DNA from: Kudoa neothunni | Taxonomy: Eukaryota > Animalia > Cnidaria | Direction: 5' to 3' | Length of the DNA stretch: 64,000 bases | NCBI GenBank assembly: GCA_964304625.1 | Contig: OZ199839.1 | Span: forward strand, 9,747,250-9,811,249 | Shown here: positions 51,422 to 64,000 of the stretch, in pieces | How positions within the stretch are numbered: the first letter of the stretch is position 1 | Layout of the letters: every line of letters starts with the position of its first letter | Program-made: the position numbers and the translations under genes | Notes under the pieces: model-generated | The model's input: the letters and a program-made list of their open reading frames with translations, nothing else | Database searches by the model: none | Told to the model about the DNA's origin: nothing

Positions 51422-51931
51422 GCACATTAAACGACATTGGTTTCAACTCTTATACCAACAATTAAAGAGTTCTCTAAATCAGTGAATTGTTGTTTGGACT
51501 CTCACCAAACCCCAAGAAAAGCAACAAAATTATTAAAAATTTTGTAACTCTAGTATGTGAAAGCGAAAACCAGTGGAATAATTAATTGGTTTAATTATCG
51601 TTAATCTATTGTGGATTATATTCAAAAATAAATATTACTTTCATAAATCGCGTTTTGGTTTGGATCAAAATTTTTGATTTTGATGAGGGAAAATCATATT
51701 TAGAATAAATATATGAGGTTTAGACAATAATACAATGAATAGTAAACTAAATTAGAAAAACTATGTCTTATTTTATGTATAAATCTTTATCCGACAGATT
51801 ACAAATTTTATTTTCAGATACAAACGCACTTAATATAGGAATTTGAGAATTTTCAAAGCAAGTAACCAAAAATACATAAATGTAGAAACAAAACAGTCAA
51901 TTTAGGGTCTTGGAAATACCCCAGTCAGTAC

Positions 51932-54900
51932 TTTTTTTTTCTTTTTTTTTGTTTACAAGGTAAAACCCCTGGCGCAACTTGTTAGGTTGTGGAATTCTGG
52001 TTGGTCAGACCTTTTCCATTAGCGCTTTAGGCACCGCAGGATGTAACATGAAACCCCGCTCCTTATCTTAATGCGATAATGTGGGACTCTAACCCATTAA
52101 ATATCCTCGTCTCAGGGCGATTACCACCCCGAACCCTATCCCTATAAGGACGTCGGCTCCGTGAGGATTGCAAATTACTTGTCTTTCGATGGGTTCCGGA
52201 GATTCAAACTCCTATTCGCGCCCACCCCACTTCACAGCGAGTATACACTTTAACCCTTCCTATCCGATGTGGGGTATATTGGATACCCCAATATGATACT
52301 TTTTGTTATAATTCTTGACACCTTAACATGGATGTCACAAAACTTTTTTAATGTTTGTATAATGTATTAAAGTTTAAGAAGGATGAAAATTAAATGAATA
52401 TGGTGCAGTATATTTGTAAGAATGAGGATTTTAAAATATGTCACTTACTAATATATCCGATTTTATCACCAAATCAATATTATAATTTTTTTAATTGTTT
52501 GTATATGTTAGGGCTTGTTGGCGCTAATCCGCCGATTACGCCAAAACCTCCGAGGAGGATCAGACAAACACGTTAGTATTATCGTAGATTTGGTTCAATG
52601 AGTTTTTCTAACGGCTTTAACAGTATATGAGTTTTTATTGTTAAAATATCAATTATTTTTCTTTTAATGATAATAATGAAGTGTTACGGTTTTTACGCGC
52701 CGATAGAAGATCAACGGAAGTTAATCCATTCAGAGTTTTTGGGAAGGCACAGCTTGTTTCACTAAGTTTAATTTTTATCGATACTTGAGTATATTATTTT
52801 TTATTTATTTTTACTTATGTACATCTTTATTTAAAATGATTTTGGAAATATGTTCGACGACGCCGAAAAATTAATTGAGGATTCTTCTTCCAGACAAGAT
52901 GATTGTTCTGAGTTTATTGTATCCAAATCAGAAGACTCTTTCGACGAAAATTTTTGTGAACAAGATGGTAGTTATAGCGATGAAGAAGAATTATTGGATC
53001 ATTTGAAATATTTACCGATGAGTGAAAATTCAACATCTGTGCTTACTTCTCGATTTGGTTTCGAATGGTATACGAAACCTCCTACCAAAACGAAGACTGG
53101 TCTTCATAACTTTGTTTCGTCACCATCTGGAATTATTAATGAGGCAAAAAATGTTAACAAAATTGTTGAAGCTTTCGAGCTCTTTATATCGAATGATATT
53201 GTCAACATTATAGCCAAATATACAAATATGTACTTTGATTGTATAGACAAAACCAAAGAAAGGATAACTATAGAAGGACTCAAATCCTTTATGAGTCTAT
53301 AATTACATCCGGTCGCTCAAATGGTTCCTCGTTTGCTCTGAGGAATGTATGGGATTCCAACCCATTATTTAAACAATTCCATTTTTTCACAGCCATATCA
53401 AGGGACAGATTTACTCTCATCTATCAAACAATGAGATTCGATGATAAATCAACCAGATCTGAACGTTTCCAGAAATTAAAAGATAAGCTTGATCCATTGC
53501 ATGAAATATTACTCACCAGGTCCATATATAACGGTAGAAGAACGCCTGGTTCGTTTCAAAGGAAGATGTCCCTTCAGAGTTTTCATGAAGAGCAAACCAG
53601 GCCGTTACGGATTAAAATTTTGGGCGGCCGCTGATGTTGAAACTATAGTTATCTGTTGAACATCCATCCGTACACTGGTAAAGTAGACGGTAGCAGAGAA
53701 ATTAACCAAGGAGAACGTGTTGTCACAGACCTCGTCAAACCTTTTTTCGGAACCGGTAGAGGAGTCGCCGTGGATAATTTCTTTACTTAGATTCCGCTTG
53801 CACAGAAACTTTTACGAAACAATGTAACATTGACAGGAACGATTCGTTTCAACAAACCTGAAATTCCTAACGAATTCATGAGATCTCCAAAACGTGAAGT
53901 TTTTTCCACCTTATTTGGATTTAATGGTGATCTCACCCTAGTTTCCTACATTCCAAAAAAGAATTACGTGATGAATTTGTTGTTGAGTGAACACAATGAT
54001 ATTTCAATAGAAAATGAGGAACGGAAACGGCCTTAAATTATCCTACATTACAATGCTACAAAAGGGGGTGTCGATAATGCGGATAAGATGACTTATTCAT
54101 ATTCCTGCTCCAAGCCTACGCGTCGGTGGCCCCTTAAAATGTTCATGGATATGAATGACATCGCAGCGTTGAATGCGTATATAATCTGGACAAAAAAATC
54201 CTGAATGGCGAAAAAACGACTGGAGCAAGCGGCAACATTTTTCGCGCCAATTATCAATTGAATTGGCTGAGATCAACGTTTTTAAACGTCAAATGATGTC
54301 CAATAACTATTCGACGAAATTAAAGTACGGCTTCGAACTATTTCAAAATCAAACGAATAATGATGATACATTTATTGAACGGTTAAGCTTTAAAAATCAA
54401 TCTATGAGAAATAGATGCTATTTCTGTCCACGTAATAAAGATAAAAAATCGAATATTCCCTGCTACAATTGCAATAAATTTCTTTGTTGGAATCATAGAA
54501 AACAAAAAAAAGTTGCATATTGTTCAGATTGCTTTGAATAGAATTTATTCCGTGTTGTTACTCAATAAACCCAAATTCTTTATGTTTATGCAAAACCATT
54601 ACTATGCGATTTTAAAATGTTTCAATTATTTATATTGTAAAAATAAAATAGAATCGTAGTTTATCTAACTATCATTCGTTATTTTATAGCTTATTAAACT
54701 AAAATCTTAATTACCAAGAATGTTAAAAAATTACCGCGAACTTTCAAAAATTCACCGGTTGTTTCCGAGAAACCCCGAAATGTAATAAATGGAGAGTAAC
54801 ATCGCAGGCCAGTATCTCAATAGATAATGTGAGCACCAGCTTCTTTCGTCTTATTTTTTAATTTTAATGGTCTATTTATTGCTTATGTTTAAATTATATA

Positions 54901-55208
54901 ACATCATGGCATATTATTTTGTTATATTAGTATCGCATGATAATTTTTCTAAAACCTTATAACATCTAATTAAATTCTAGTAATAAGTTAAGAATATCAT
55001 GATTAAATTCTTTAAAATGCTTGCCTTCTAATAATGCATTAAGGGAAATTTAGCATAAGTTTATGGTCTTATTTTGCTGGGGTACGTCCCATATCCCATC
55101 GGAACGGGAGGATTTTTTTCGCGCATTACAGGGAGGGTCAACCACAGCCCCCAAATATGGGATAGAGACCCACCGACATGGAAGCAATTATCTTTCCTCG
55201 ACTTCTAA
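51932..55208 (-). mobile_element. ~390-bp retroposon (SINE or 5'-truncated non-LTR 3' end) split by a piggyBac
   Basis: Poly-T at 51932-51950 (poly-A tail on minus), GC-richer body, and a 7-bp TSD TCAGTAC at 51925-51931 and 55209-55215. B-box-like GAGTTTGAATCTCC on the minus strand. Confidence 0.65.
52254..55137 (+). mobile_element. piggyBac transposon (PGBD4-like transposase, frameshifted)
   Basis: Ends TTAA-CCCT and AGGG-TCAA. Motifs SRDRF..MRFDDK, FKGRCPFRVFMKSKPGRYGLKFW, VDNFF, GTIRFNKPEIP, YNATKGGVD and C-terminal RCYFCP..CYNCNKFLC. Confidence 0.92.
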
Positions 55209-55699
55209 TCAGTACCCGCAGGGTTAAGGAGTCGCGGTAAGAACAACTGAGTAAAATAAATTGGGAATGAACAAACGTTTCGAAATAGCACGTTAATACA
55301 CATAAAAATTTTAGTCAAATAACGTGTTTATAAACAAGATCAAAAAATAGGGCGAAACATTACAAAATACTGCAAAAATATAAAAACATAATATAATTGA
55401 AAATTATTCATAACATAATTATCCACGTATAATATATTTTCATTCATATATTTCTTGGTTCCATCATACATGTGAACACTTTAATATGTTATTTCAATTT
55501 ACTGGCAAAATTTAGTACTAAGTTTTATGAAAATAATATATAAACTAGAAAATAAATTATATTATATTACGTTGAAGTATTATTCAACTCAACTGCCAAA
55601 TATTTTTCAATAAACATAAAATTATATAGACGTAAAAATTATAAAAATTGAAGGATTTTGATGAATAATTACGTCAAACACCAGAGCGAAAATGTGTGC

Positions 55700-55887
55700 G
55701 CGCTGATATTCGCGATGGTCGATTGATGCCGAAACGTGATTTTTGGTATCATTCTAGAACTGAATTTTTAAAATTTGTTATGCTCACACGATATTTCAAA
55801 ATTATGTTAAATGATGATGTATAAGAATCGTACTTTGCGCACGCGCAAACATGCCGGCATTTTGGAGATGGATACTCCTCCATTACC
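55700..55887. mobile_element. Orphan Merlin-type terminus upstream of copy C
   Basis: Reverse complement GGTAATGGAGGAGTATCCATCTCCAAAATGCCGGCA resembles both TIRs of 43936-46805. Confidence 0.6.
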
Positions 55888-56850
55888 AAATAATTTTCTT
55901 TAATTTGTAGTTCTTCATAATAAAACGAGCATTTATAATTTAATAAATACTCATTTAGATATTGAGAGTGAATATACAATTTTCTACATTTAATTAATAA
56001 TAAAATTAACATTTATTTTCTAATGTAATCGTTACTTAAGACTATTAAAGTCTGCACCATTAAAGGGCTGTAAACAAATTAAATGAATATTTCTTGATAT
56101 TTTTATTCCAAATGACTTATAATACTAGTAGATAAAATATTACGAATAACTTTGGTGGGCATATTTATGGAAGTGATCCTCCCGAAAGCCGAGTTGATAA
56201 ATTTACAATCAAAATGTCACGAAATGACCAATGTTTCAGAGAGATGATTGGATAAAAATAAAATTTAATGGGAGCCAAAATTATCCAAGTAATAAGAGTC
56301 CTTACTGACACAAGATAATTTTTACTGTCAATATAACCCATTCCAAACGAAAGTTAAAAATTAGTTTCAATTGATTAACTACATTTTTTGCAACATATTT
56401 TCAAGAGAATAATAAAAAATGAATTAATTTTAACCCAGCTGCTACATTAAATACTCCGTTGATCTTGTTGATACAAAATCCAAAGTTTTCTTAGACAAAT
56501 TACTTTTATTAGTTGCTTTTTCATTATAACGACGGAGAGCCATTAGTTCAACTTTTTATTCTAATCAGCTCCTTTTTATCCGTTTCAGCCAGATATTACA
56601 TACACCATTCAAAAGAAAGTCAAATGATAATTATTCCATATCTTTATTTAACATTAATTTTTCGTAAAGGATTACATAAAATACATGCTGAGGTAGTCTT
56701 GTAAAGATTGTAAAATTCTAATAACTTAAATAATCCGAATAATCACAATTTTCAGATAGTATTATCTCTTTCATGAATAGTTATTGTTTATTGATACTAT
56801 AAAATAAATAATCTGTTATATATTCTATCTTAATATAAATTAAGACAAAC

Positions 56851-59807
56851 ATGGTCTCATTTAGCTTGCTTGTGGCATTATTTTGTAATAAATTAAAATT
56901 CTCGCTTCTTTTTAAACCATTTTAGGCATTAAGAAAGTTTTTGTGCTTGGAGCCACAGGTGCGGCTACCGAACCTGCCAAAGTTCTCACCTATCGCATAG
57001 CAGACAGTGACAAAGTACATCTGACTTTATCTGGAACAACATATGCCACATCGGGGAAAAAATGCCTTATAAGAAAGGAAAAGGAAAATGCAGTTGAATT
57101 TGGTGATATAAATACATGTAATGATAATGATAATTCACATGGGACTGGGAAATGTCTTCGTGCTTGCTCTGGAGAAAACATTAAATTGGATTTTAATGTG
57201 TTATCACCCAAAACAAAATATATTTATGTATATTCTGGGGGTGAATATGCAGAAATACATAATAAGAATAATGGAGGAGATGTGTTTGGATTGTCCATTC
57301 GTAATTTTTATTAATTTGTTTTTAAAAATAATTAAATATAGCTCTCTTGGTGAATCCAATAGTCACAATTTCCACAGATGAGTCAACAAAATTGAAACTT
57401 GCAACCAAAACATGTCCTAAAGTCGCTTGTCCCATTTATTACAAAGGTGTCCAATACGCCGAAGGGTCAGTCGCAGATAACTGTATAACAGAAATTACAA
57501 ATACGGTTGATTTTGATGTGCTGATACCACACTATGAAATGAAATGTATGAATTTACCAAGCTTCTTCTACAATATGCCAAATACATACATGAAAAAAAA
57601 CATTGATATATATAAACCCCAATATTACGTGACCTATAAAGAGGGGGACGACGCAACGACAAAATATCTCTTAAAGTTTACAAATGCTTTCCCATCAGAA
57701 ATTTGTTTTTTTAATGTAAAAGATGCAACAACTACCACACAAGGGAGTACGAATACCTACGTATCATCATGTGGTGGTGGAGCCGGAAAAAACTGTTACG
57801 CTCCATGTAATAATGTGGAATTGAAATTTTCTACTTCCAAACCAATATTAAAAATATTAATTAAAACTCGGCGCCATAAATTAGAAGTCGATGGAACCGA
57901 CGTTGAAGGTTATGAAGAGAACAAATTTGGTAATATTTCATTAAATTCAAGGTAATCGCCATTGAATTTTAGCTATTATTGAGCCAATAAATGCAAGCAC
58001 CCTTTTAACAGCACATTCTGCTACAGGAATAACACTCAATCCGTCACCGTACAATCCCACACGAGACGATAGTGTGAAATTTACTACTTGTACTTTAAAA
58101 CATTTTCCAGCCGATAAGCTGAGACCCAGCGATGGGACTGCTGCTCAGTGCGCAAACGTGCCATGTGGAACTGACTGTTCACAGAACTCTGTCCTTAGTC
58201 AGCTGGACGCAGGTAAAGCATATATAATTGAAATAGCTCCATCAACAACATTAAATACTCCCAACAACTTTAAAGAATATTTATTCTTTAGAACAGGTAA
58301 TGTAACAAAGTGTATTACAATTATGATTATTTAAATTTATTTTCAGCTAAAGCTAGCGCGTCAAATTACGTTACTACCATTCCCACAACGACCGACGTAA
58401 CAGCTACATTAAAGGCAGTTGACGGTGATGTGGAAAATAAACCGGCTGAACCAACATGTGAATATTACATCAGTAAAGCAGGTAAAAACATGTTTGTAGA
58501 AGCAGAATGTGGAGATAGTTATCCATGCAGAGGATTTTGTAAGGACACCAAGAAATTGATAAATTTAAGGCTTAAAACAAATTATGATATCAAAGTTGTT
58601 TCAAATAAAGATTATGGAATAAAAATATTTGAAAACGTCTCAACAAGTAAAAATATGATATCGAAATCACATTTAATTTACGTTTAATAGCTTTTTCAAC
58701 CCTCACTCTATCCCACAATTTTCTCGATAAAGGATTTCGAGTTGTTGGAAGATTAATAACTGCATATCCAGAAGCAATATGTCACTATAAACTTAAAGTT
58801 AAAAATGGAACTAGTTCAGATGTAGTTTATTCCTGCCCAACAATTGCTCCTTCTCCTCCACAAGCCAACCCACCCAATACTAATGCTGTTCAATCTTCCA
58901 CGAATCAAAATTTAGAACAATCTAATTTGATCAGTCATATAAATTCTTCCAATAATAGAGTAGCAAGAGCGAGTGGCGCAGCTGTTATAACTCCAAATTC
59001 ATCCGCCACCATTCCAACTACGATTACTCCTACTGCGACTAATCAATCTAAGTTTCCACCATGCAATAAACCACCTCTATGCAACAACATAATAATCAGC
59101 GAGGGTTACGAGGCTGATAAAGAATACCAATTATTGGTTACAGCTGTGGACAGATCGGAAGAAATTACCATCAATATTCCCAAAAGTACAATATTTATTT
59201 ACCAAATTATAAAAAGTTCTAATATATCACTCACAAATAGATGCTCTCCCTGAGAATCCTGAGGAAGTAGATAAACAAATCACAGTGATTATCGAAAGAG
59301 CTGGCGATACTTTAAAAATCACATCATTGCTTCCAAAACAAAAAAATGAAAATTCATTGTGTCGATGGATATTGAAAGATATGAACGATCCTTCTTTACC
59401 AATAGTGAAAAAATGTGACACTGTTGGAAGTAGTAGGTGTGCACTTCCAACATGTAAATCATTCACAATTGAGGGCGTAAGCGATACCAGTGATTATCAT
59501 TTAACGGTTATTCACTCCCAAGACCCTACAATAAAAGGCGTTGGAAGAATTAAACAAGGTAGTTAACAATAAATTATTATTATTTTAATGATCAATATAG
59601 GAGAAACTTCTAATCAATCAAAGTAAAATTGTAAAATGATAATATTAAATATGATTAATTTTTAGGGCGAGCACGTCAATGTATTTTTTAGTTATTTGAG
59701 TATATTTGAATGAGATACCATTTAGGATAATTGGAATTATTGTTCCGATTGCTATCGTTGTAGTGGCGGCTGGATTGTACTTTGGTTACAAGAAGAACAA
59801 ATCATAA
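56851..59807 (+). CDS. Cys-rich modular type-I membrane protein, copy C (10 exons, apparently intact)
   Basis: Same structure as copies A and B, from ATG 56851 to TAA 59807. Confidence 0.85.
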
Positions 59808-60754
59808 GGATCGATCTAAACATCAGCTTATTAGTCATAATAAAACAATATTATTATTTTTAAAGTTTAAATTTTAACATTTTATATAGTTTTTTTATTT
59901 TTCAAATACTAAAGTGATATAAAGCCTATGGCATACTAATAATTTAGTCAAACTTATATTAGATTTATAGTTTTATTCAATCTTGTTCTACGTATTAATT
60001 CTTTTACTAAGTCTACTAAATTAAAATAATATTTTTGTATGTTTAAAAATTTGCTCCAAATATGTTCAATGTAATAAGTTTTATTTTATTGAAAACTGAG
60101 GTTAGCTTATAGGTAGAAATCATAATTTCCGACGTTTATTTTAGAAAAGTCGACGTTTAGATAAAAAAGGAATTTATTAGTGCAAATAATCAAAATTTTC
60201 CTAAAGAATAGATATATTTTAATATTAACTATGTAATATAAAATAAAAATATTATATTGAAAACATTTTTCATCATTCACTTCTGAGATTGATGCATAAA
60301 TTGGTTTAAAAAATTTTTATTTAGAAAAATTTGTTTCGATTACGATAATTAATGATGGTATGCACATCAAATCTTGATATTGTACCGACAAAATAATGTA
60401 TTTTAATTTTTTGAGTATAACTTATTTCTATCTATAATGTTACTTCTAGAGTAAAGTTACAATAATTCTTTTTACAATTTGTCTTTTTCATTCGTATCTA
60501 GAAAATTCGAGATATCATATGTATTCAATTCTTCAATATTATTATATCTATTTACATTCGATTTCTTCATAATTTTCTGGGAATTTTCAATTGTGAAACA
60601 ACGGTATGTTTGATTTTTTATTCTTCCCGATATTTCTAAACTTTAAAATCAACAAATTCTGACATCTTAATTAAAAAAAATCTTTTGGAACAAAAGAAAA
60701 ATCAACTTCTCATCTTTAAAACTACTTAATATGTTAGACTTGTGTATACTATAT

Positions 60755-63700
60755 CAGAGGTGGCCAAACTTGCCCAGAACGGGAGTCAATTATAAGGTTG
60801 CCTAAATTTTCATCAGCCACAAAGAATTAAAATCATTTATGTAACATTTCCTTATTCAACCCTTTCACGTTCTATTTTTTGGTTTTTCTAAAAAAATATA
60901 TATTGATAATTGGATATTTTTTAGTAAAAATATATAATTTTAATTTGAAAAATAATTATATCATGAAGATTTTTTAAATTTTGTTCATGTGCATTTAATT
61001 ACACATTGGGACTAAATGATAAATAAAAGTTGAAAATGAATAAAATGTTCAAAGTAACTATTCAAACATTAGATTTAATGAATAATTATTTTAAATTTCA
61101 AAATTCATGAAACGTTATTAACAAATAACCCTAAAACAGCATGTCTCCCATGAACCATCTCCAAATTTTTTTCATTTTTCTTAGTAATAATATATAAATT
61201 TATTTATAATGTCAACATAATGTAATTTTTTATTTATAAATTTATTTTTTAACGCGTATTGGTTCGGTGTATTTAATTTCACTAAGATTAGAAGAAAAAA
61301 TGACATAATAATTTGCAAGAAAATAACACACAAAATAATAAACGTACGGATTAATTCAACTTAATTAATTTCATTTTTGATGAAATTCGTAGAAACAATT
61401 CCTTTCTATAACCCGAAAACAATTCGTTTTGCATTTAATGCATTTGAATGACATAATTTTTTGGACAAACTTTGCATCTATTACGTGTGGGCGTGCCTTC
61501 GGGGGAAGGCCCAACATTGTCGAATCAGATATCATCAGAAAGAGAGGGAACCACAATTTTCTGACTTATTGAATTCTTCAATTCACTTTCTACTGATAAT
61601 GATGATTTCCCTCGCTTTAACTTTACGTTTGTTTCCTTTTAAGAAACGTTAAAGACTCGTATTCTGAATAGGTGAAATTCAGTTAACCAAATATTTCGCT
61701 CTCTTCTATTTCTCTTTTATAATACCCAAGAGTCCACCAAAGCTGTATTTATTCCTCAATAAAATATCCTCAAGTTAACATTTTAAACCGTTGTTTGGTT
61801 GGTTTTCCATGCACATGTTGCTTTGAACAGCACCTACCTTTAAATGATATCATCTGTTCATCTACAGGTAACTTCCTTTCGGGTTGAATCTTTAACCAAT
61901 TTGATCTTAAATAGTCAAAAAATTGTCTTATTTTCAAAAACCTACAAAAAAAGGATTGGATTGTTGAGTGACTATTTCGTCATTGTATTTTAAAATGAAG
62001 AAATCAACTCAAATCTACGGCGTATGAACACGTTAGCAATTGGCTCAAACTTAAAACATCTTTGCCAATAACAACGATATCTAGGCATCCTTATTATACC
62101 CATTAAAATGATAACTCCAATAAACTTTTCTATTTCATCACTATCAGTTTTGAAACATGAATTAGATCGGCTGAAATAAAGGTTTTTTTGTTCAACCATC
62201 GAATCTATGAAAGATTTATTCATAAATTGGTTGAAGTAATCGATAGGAATAAAAAGTCCATTTATTTCTTCAAAATATCACTCTGAATTCTCATAATCAA
62301 CATTATTATTTAATGTTAAAATCTATATAATCCAATTATATTTGAAGTTCGAGTTGTATTTTTCTTCGTCGGTAACCTCATTATGGTTTTCTGAGTATTC
62401 ATCGCATTTTTCAAAAATATCGATATTTTTATTTTCTAAACAGATCTCCGGTTCTAAAATATTAGGATCGGGCATATTGACTACTTTTTGTCCTATTTCT
62501 CCACTTTTTGCAGATAAATCCGAAATATTGTAATTCATTTCTTCATCACGTGTGTTCCACGGAATCCCAATGTGCATTTAAATGCACAAGCTCTAATACC
62601 CAAATAGCTATTTATTCTTAAAATCTTTTTATATATTTTATTATTTGTTATGAAAAATTCAAATTAATTTTTAAAGTTGACGTTGATAATGAACACTGAT
62701 CAATTCTATGTGTGTAATCTTTCACGTTTGGAGCATGCTCTATATATAGATGAAAAACATAATATTTTCTTACATTTTCAAGGAAAATTATTCATACTTT
62801 TAAATAATGATGACAATTAAGTATTGATTGTGATACATCAAACATATTGAATGAAACAGTAGTTAAGTGTATTAAAAGATTGCGTTTTTCTTACGTGCAT
62901 TCAAACGCACACTGGACGCGAAAGGGTTAAACTTACATTTTTGGAAAGTTTTGGGTAAATAATAAGATATATTTATGTAGAAATATAAATAAAGGTCTTT
63001 ATTTCTTTCTTATTCAGTTACTCGCTGGAAAACTTTCATATAATTTTTATAGGTATAATTTATGATGGTTTTTCCAAAAAGGTTTATTAGGTGTTAATAA
63101 TCCAAGAAACTTTTTATCCATGAAAAATATCGCAAAAAAAATTAAATTAATTACGTGCGAATTAAATAATAACACAAGAATTTAATGCATTCGAACAAAT
63201 TATTTTTAGAAATTGTTTCTAATATTACAAGTTTTTTATGTTCCAATATTATCGGTGTGCTGGCGGTAATCTGCTTCGTAAGCTGTTAGTGCTGGATAAA
63301 TTAGTTCCTGCAGGTGTTTGTTTGGGAGGGAGGGAACCGCGATGCTTCGATTTTGCAAACTTCATCATTGAAAAAATGCAGACAACACTAAGTTTTTCCA
63401 ATGAAAACAAAAAGTGTTTGAGGCAAATTTATTTTTATTTTTAATATTTATTTTCTGTAACATATTTCCAAAGATCGTTGGATGAGTTGGAATCATGAAT
63501 CATCCTTAAAACTTTAATACGTGTTTTATTCTTTCGATATCTATCATTTTTGTAATGGATAAACCCTAGTTCTAATTGCATTTCCTAATGTAACTAGTAA
63601 TAATTCTAGTTTTTATTGAATATTAAAACTGTTTGGTAGACTATAACTATGTTTTCTAATCAAAAATATTATCTAGTTCACGATTTAAGAGTTTATTTCT

Positions 63701-63820
63701 TCACTAGATTACATAGTTTGAACTTTGCACTTTCCTGAATTAACGCACGGGTTGAATAAAAAAAAATTTTTTCAAGTGTTTCACCATAACGTTTAAAAAG
63801 CCACAGTTTGGCCACCCCTG
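60755..63820. mobile_element. hAT (Charlie/Buster-type) element, internally deleted
   Basis: TIR CAGRGGTGGCCAAACT and a perfect 8-bp TSD TACTATAT at 60747-60754 and 63821-63828. Confidence 0.9.
60860..62926 (-). mobile_element. Decayed piggyBac nested in the hAT element
   Basis: Ends TCAA-CCCTTTCACGT and ACGCGAAAGGG-TTAA. Motifs EIEKFIGVIILMG..MPRYRCYW, DEQMISFKG and C-terminal CIKCKTNC...RNCFYEFH. Confidence 0.88.
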
Positions 63821-64000
63821 TACTATATCCTAAATTTATCTAATTATTCAATATGTTTGGATAAACCTATTGAAGAATTGACCACTATTTTGGCGGATAA
63901 TTTGTAGACGAAAGCAAATTTTTTGGATAAATAAATTATTCATTCATCAATTATTACAATAATCGAATAAAACGGCAAATTTAATACTGATTCATGATGA

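Noticed and set aside
41635-55223. Giant piggyBac-bounded unit carrying copy B
   Set aside because: The two ends match only at CCCT and probably belong to different families.
1-64000. Stop-codon reassignment as the cause of the fragmented ORFs
   Set aside because: Short GT-AG introns remove the stops. TAA and TAG terminate paralogs at homologous positions (40847 TAG, 59807 TAA; sHSP-1/2 TAA).
1-64000. CRISPR arrays, rRNA, intact tRNA or hammerhead ribozymes
   Set aside because: No repeat-spacer periodicity or rRNA-like stretch seen. tRNA-like pieces have broken stems, and CTGATGA hits lack flanking helices.

Overview
AT-rich eukaryotic (animal-type) genomic DNA with very short GT-AG spliceosomal introns (mostly 40-55 nt) and many decayed, often nested transposons (piggyBac, pogo/Tigger, Merlin/ISXO2-like, MULE, hAT, Helitron, retroposons). 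The architecture fits a compact-genome parasitic metazoan such as a myxozoan or orthonectid, but the taxon cannot be fixed from sequence alone. Host genes reconstructed by manual splicing are a microexon-rich claudin/PMP22-like four-TM gene, three intronless small heat shock proteins with tandem alpha-crystallin domains (two with perfect HSEs), RRN3/TIF-IA, farnesyl diphosphate synthase, a putatively myristoylated glutaredoxin, and three tandem paralogs of an unrecognised ~850-aa type-I membrane protein. That array is the main candidate novel system. It is built of phase-1 exon modules with a Cys-stapled FN3-like pattern. The distal loops are hypervariable, the membrane-proximal region is near-identical (introns included), and the copies relate to each other as a patchwork, which is consistent with a gene-conversion-diversified surface antigen or recognition family. 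Several host genes also carry 1-2 nt frame breaks, most simply explained as assembly error. All calls are by eye; no searches were run.
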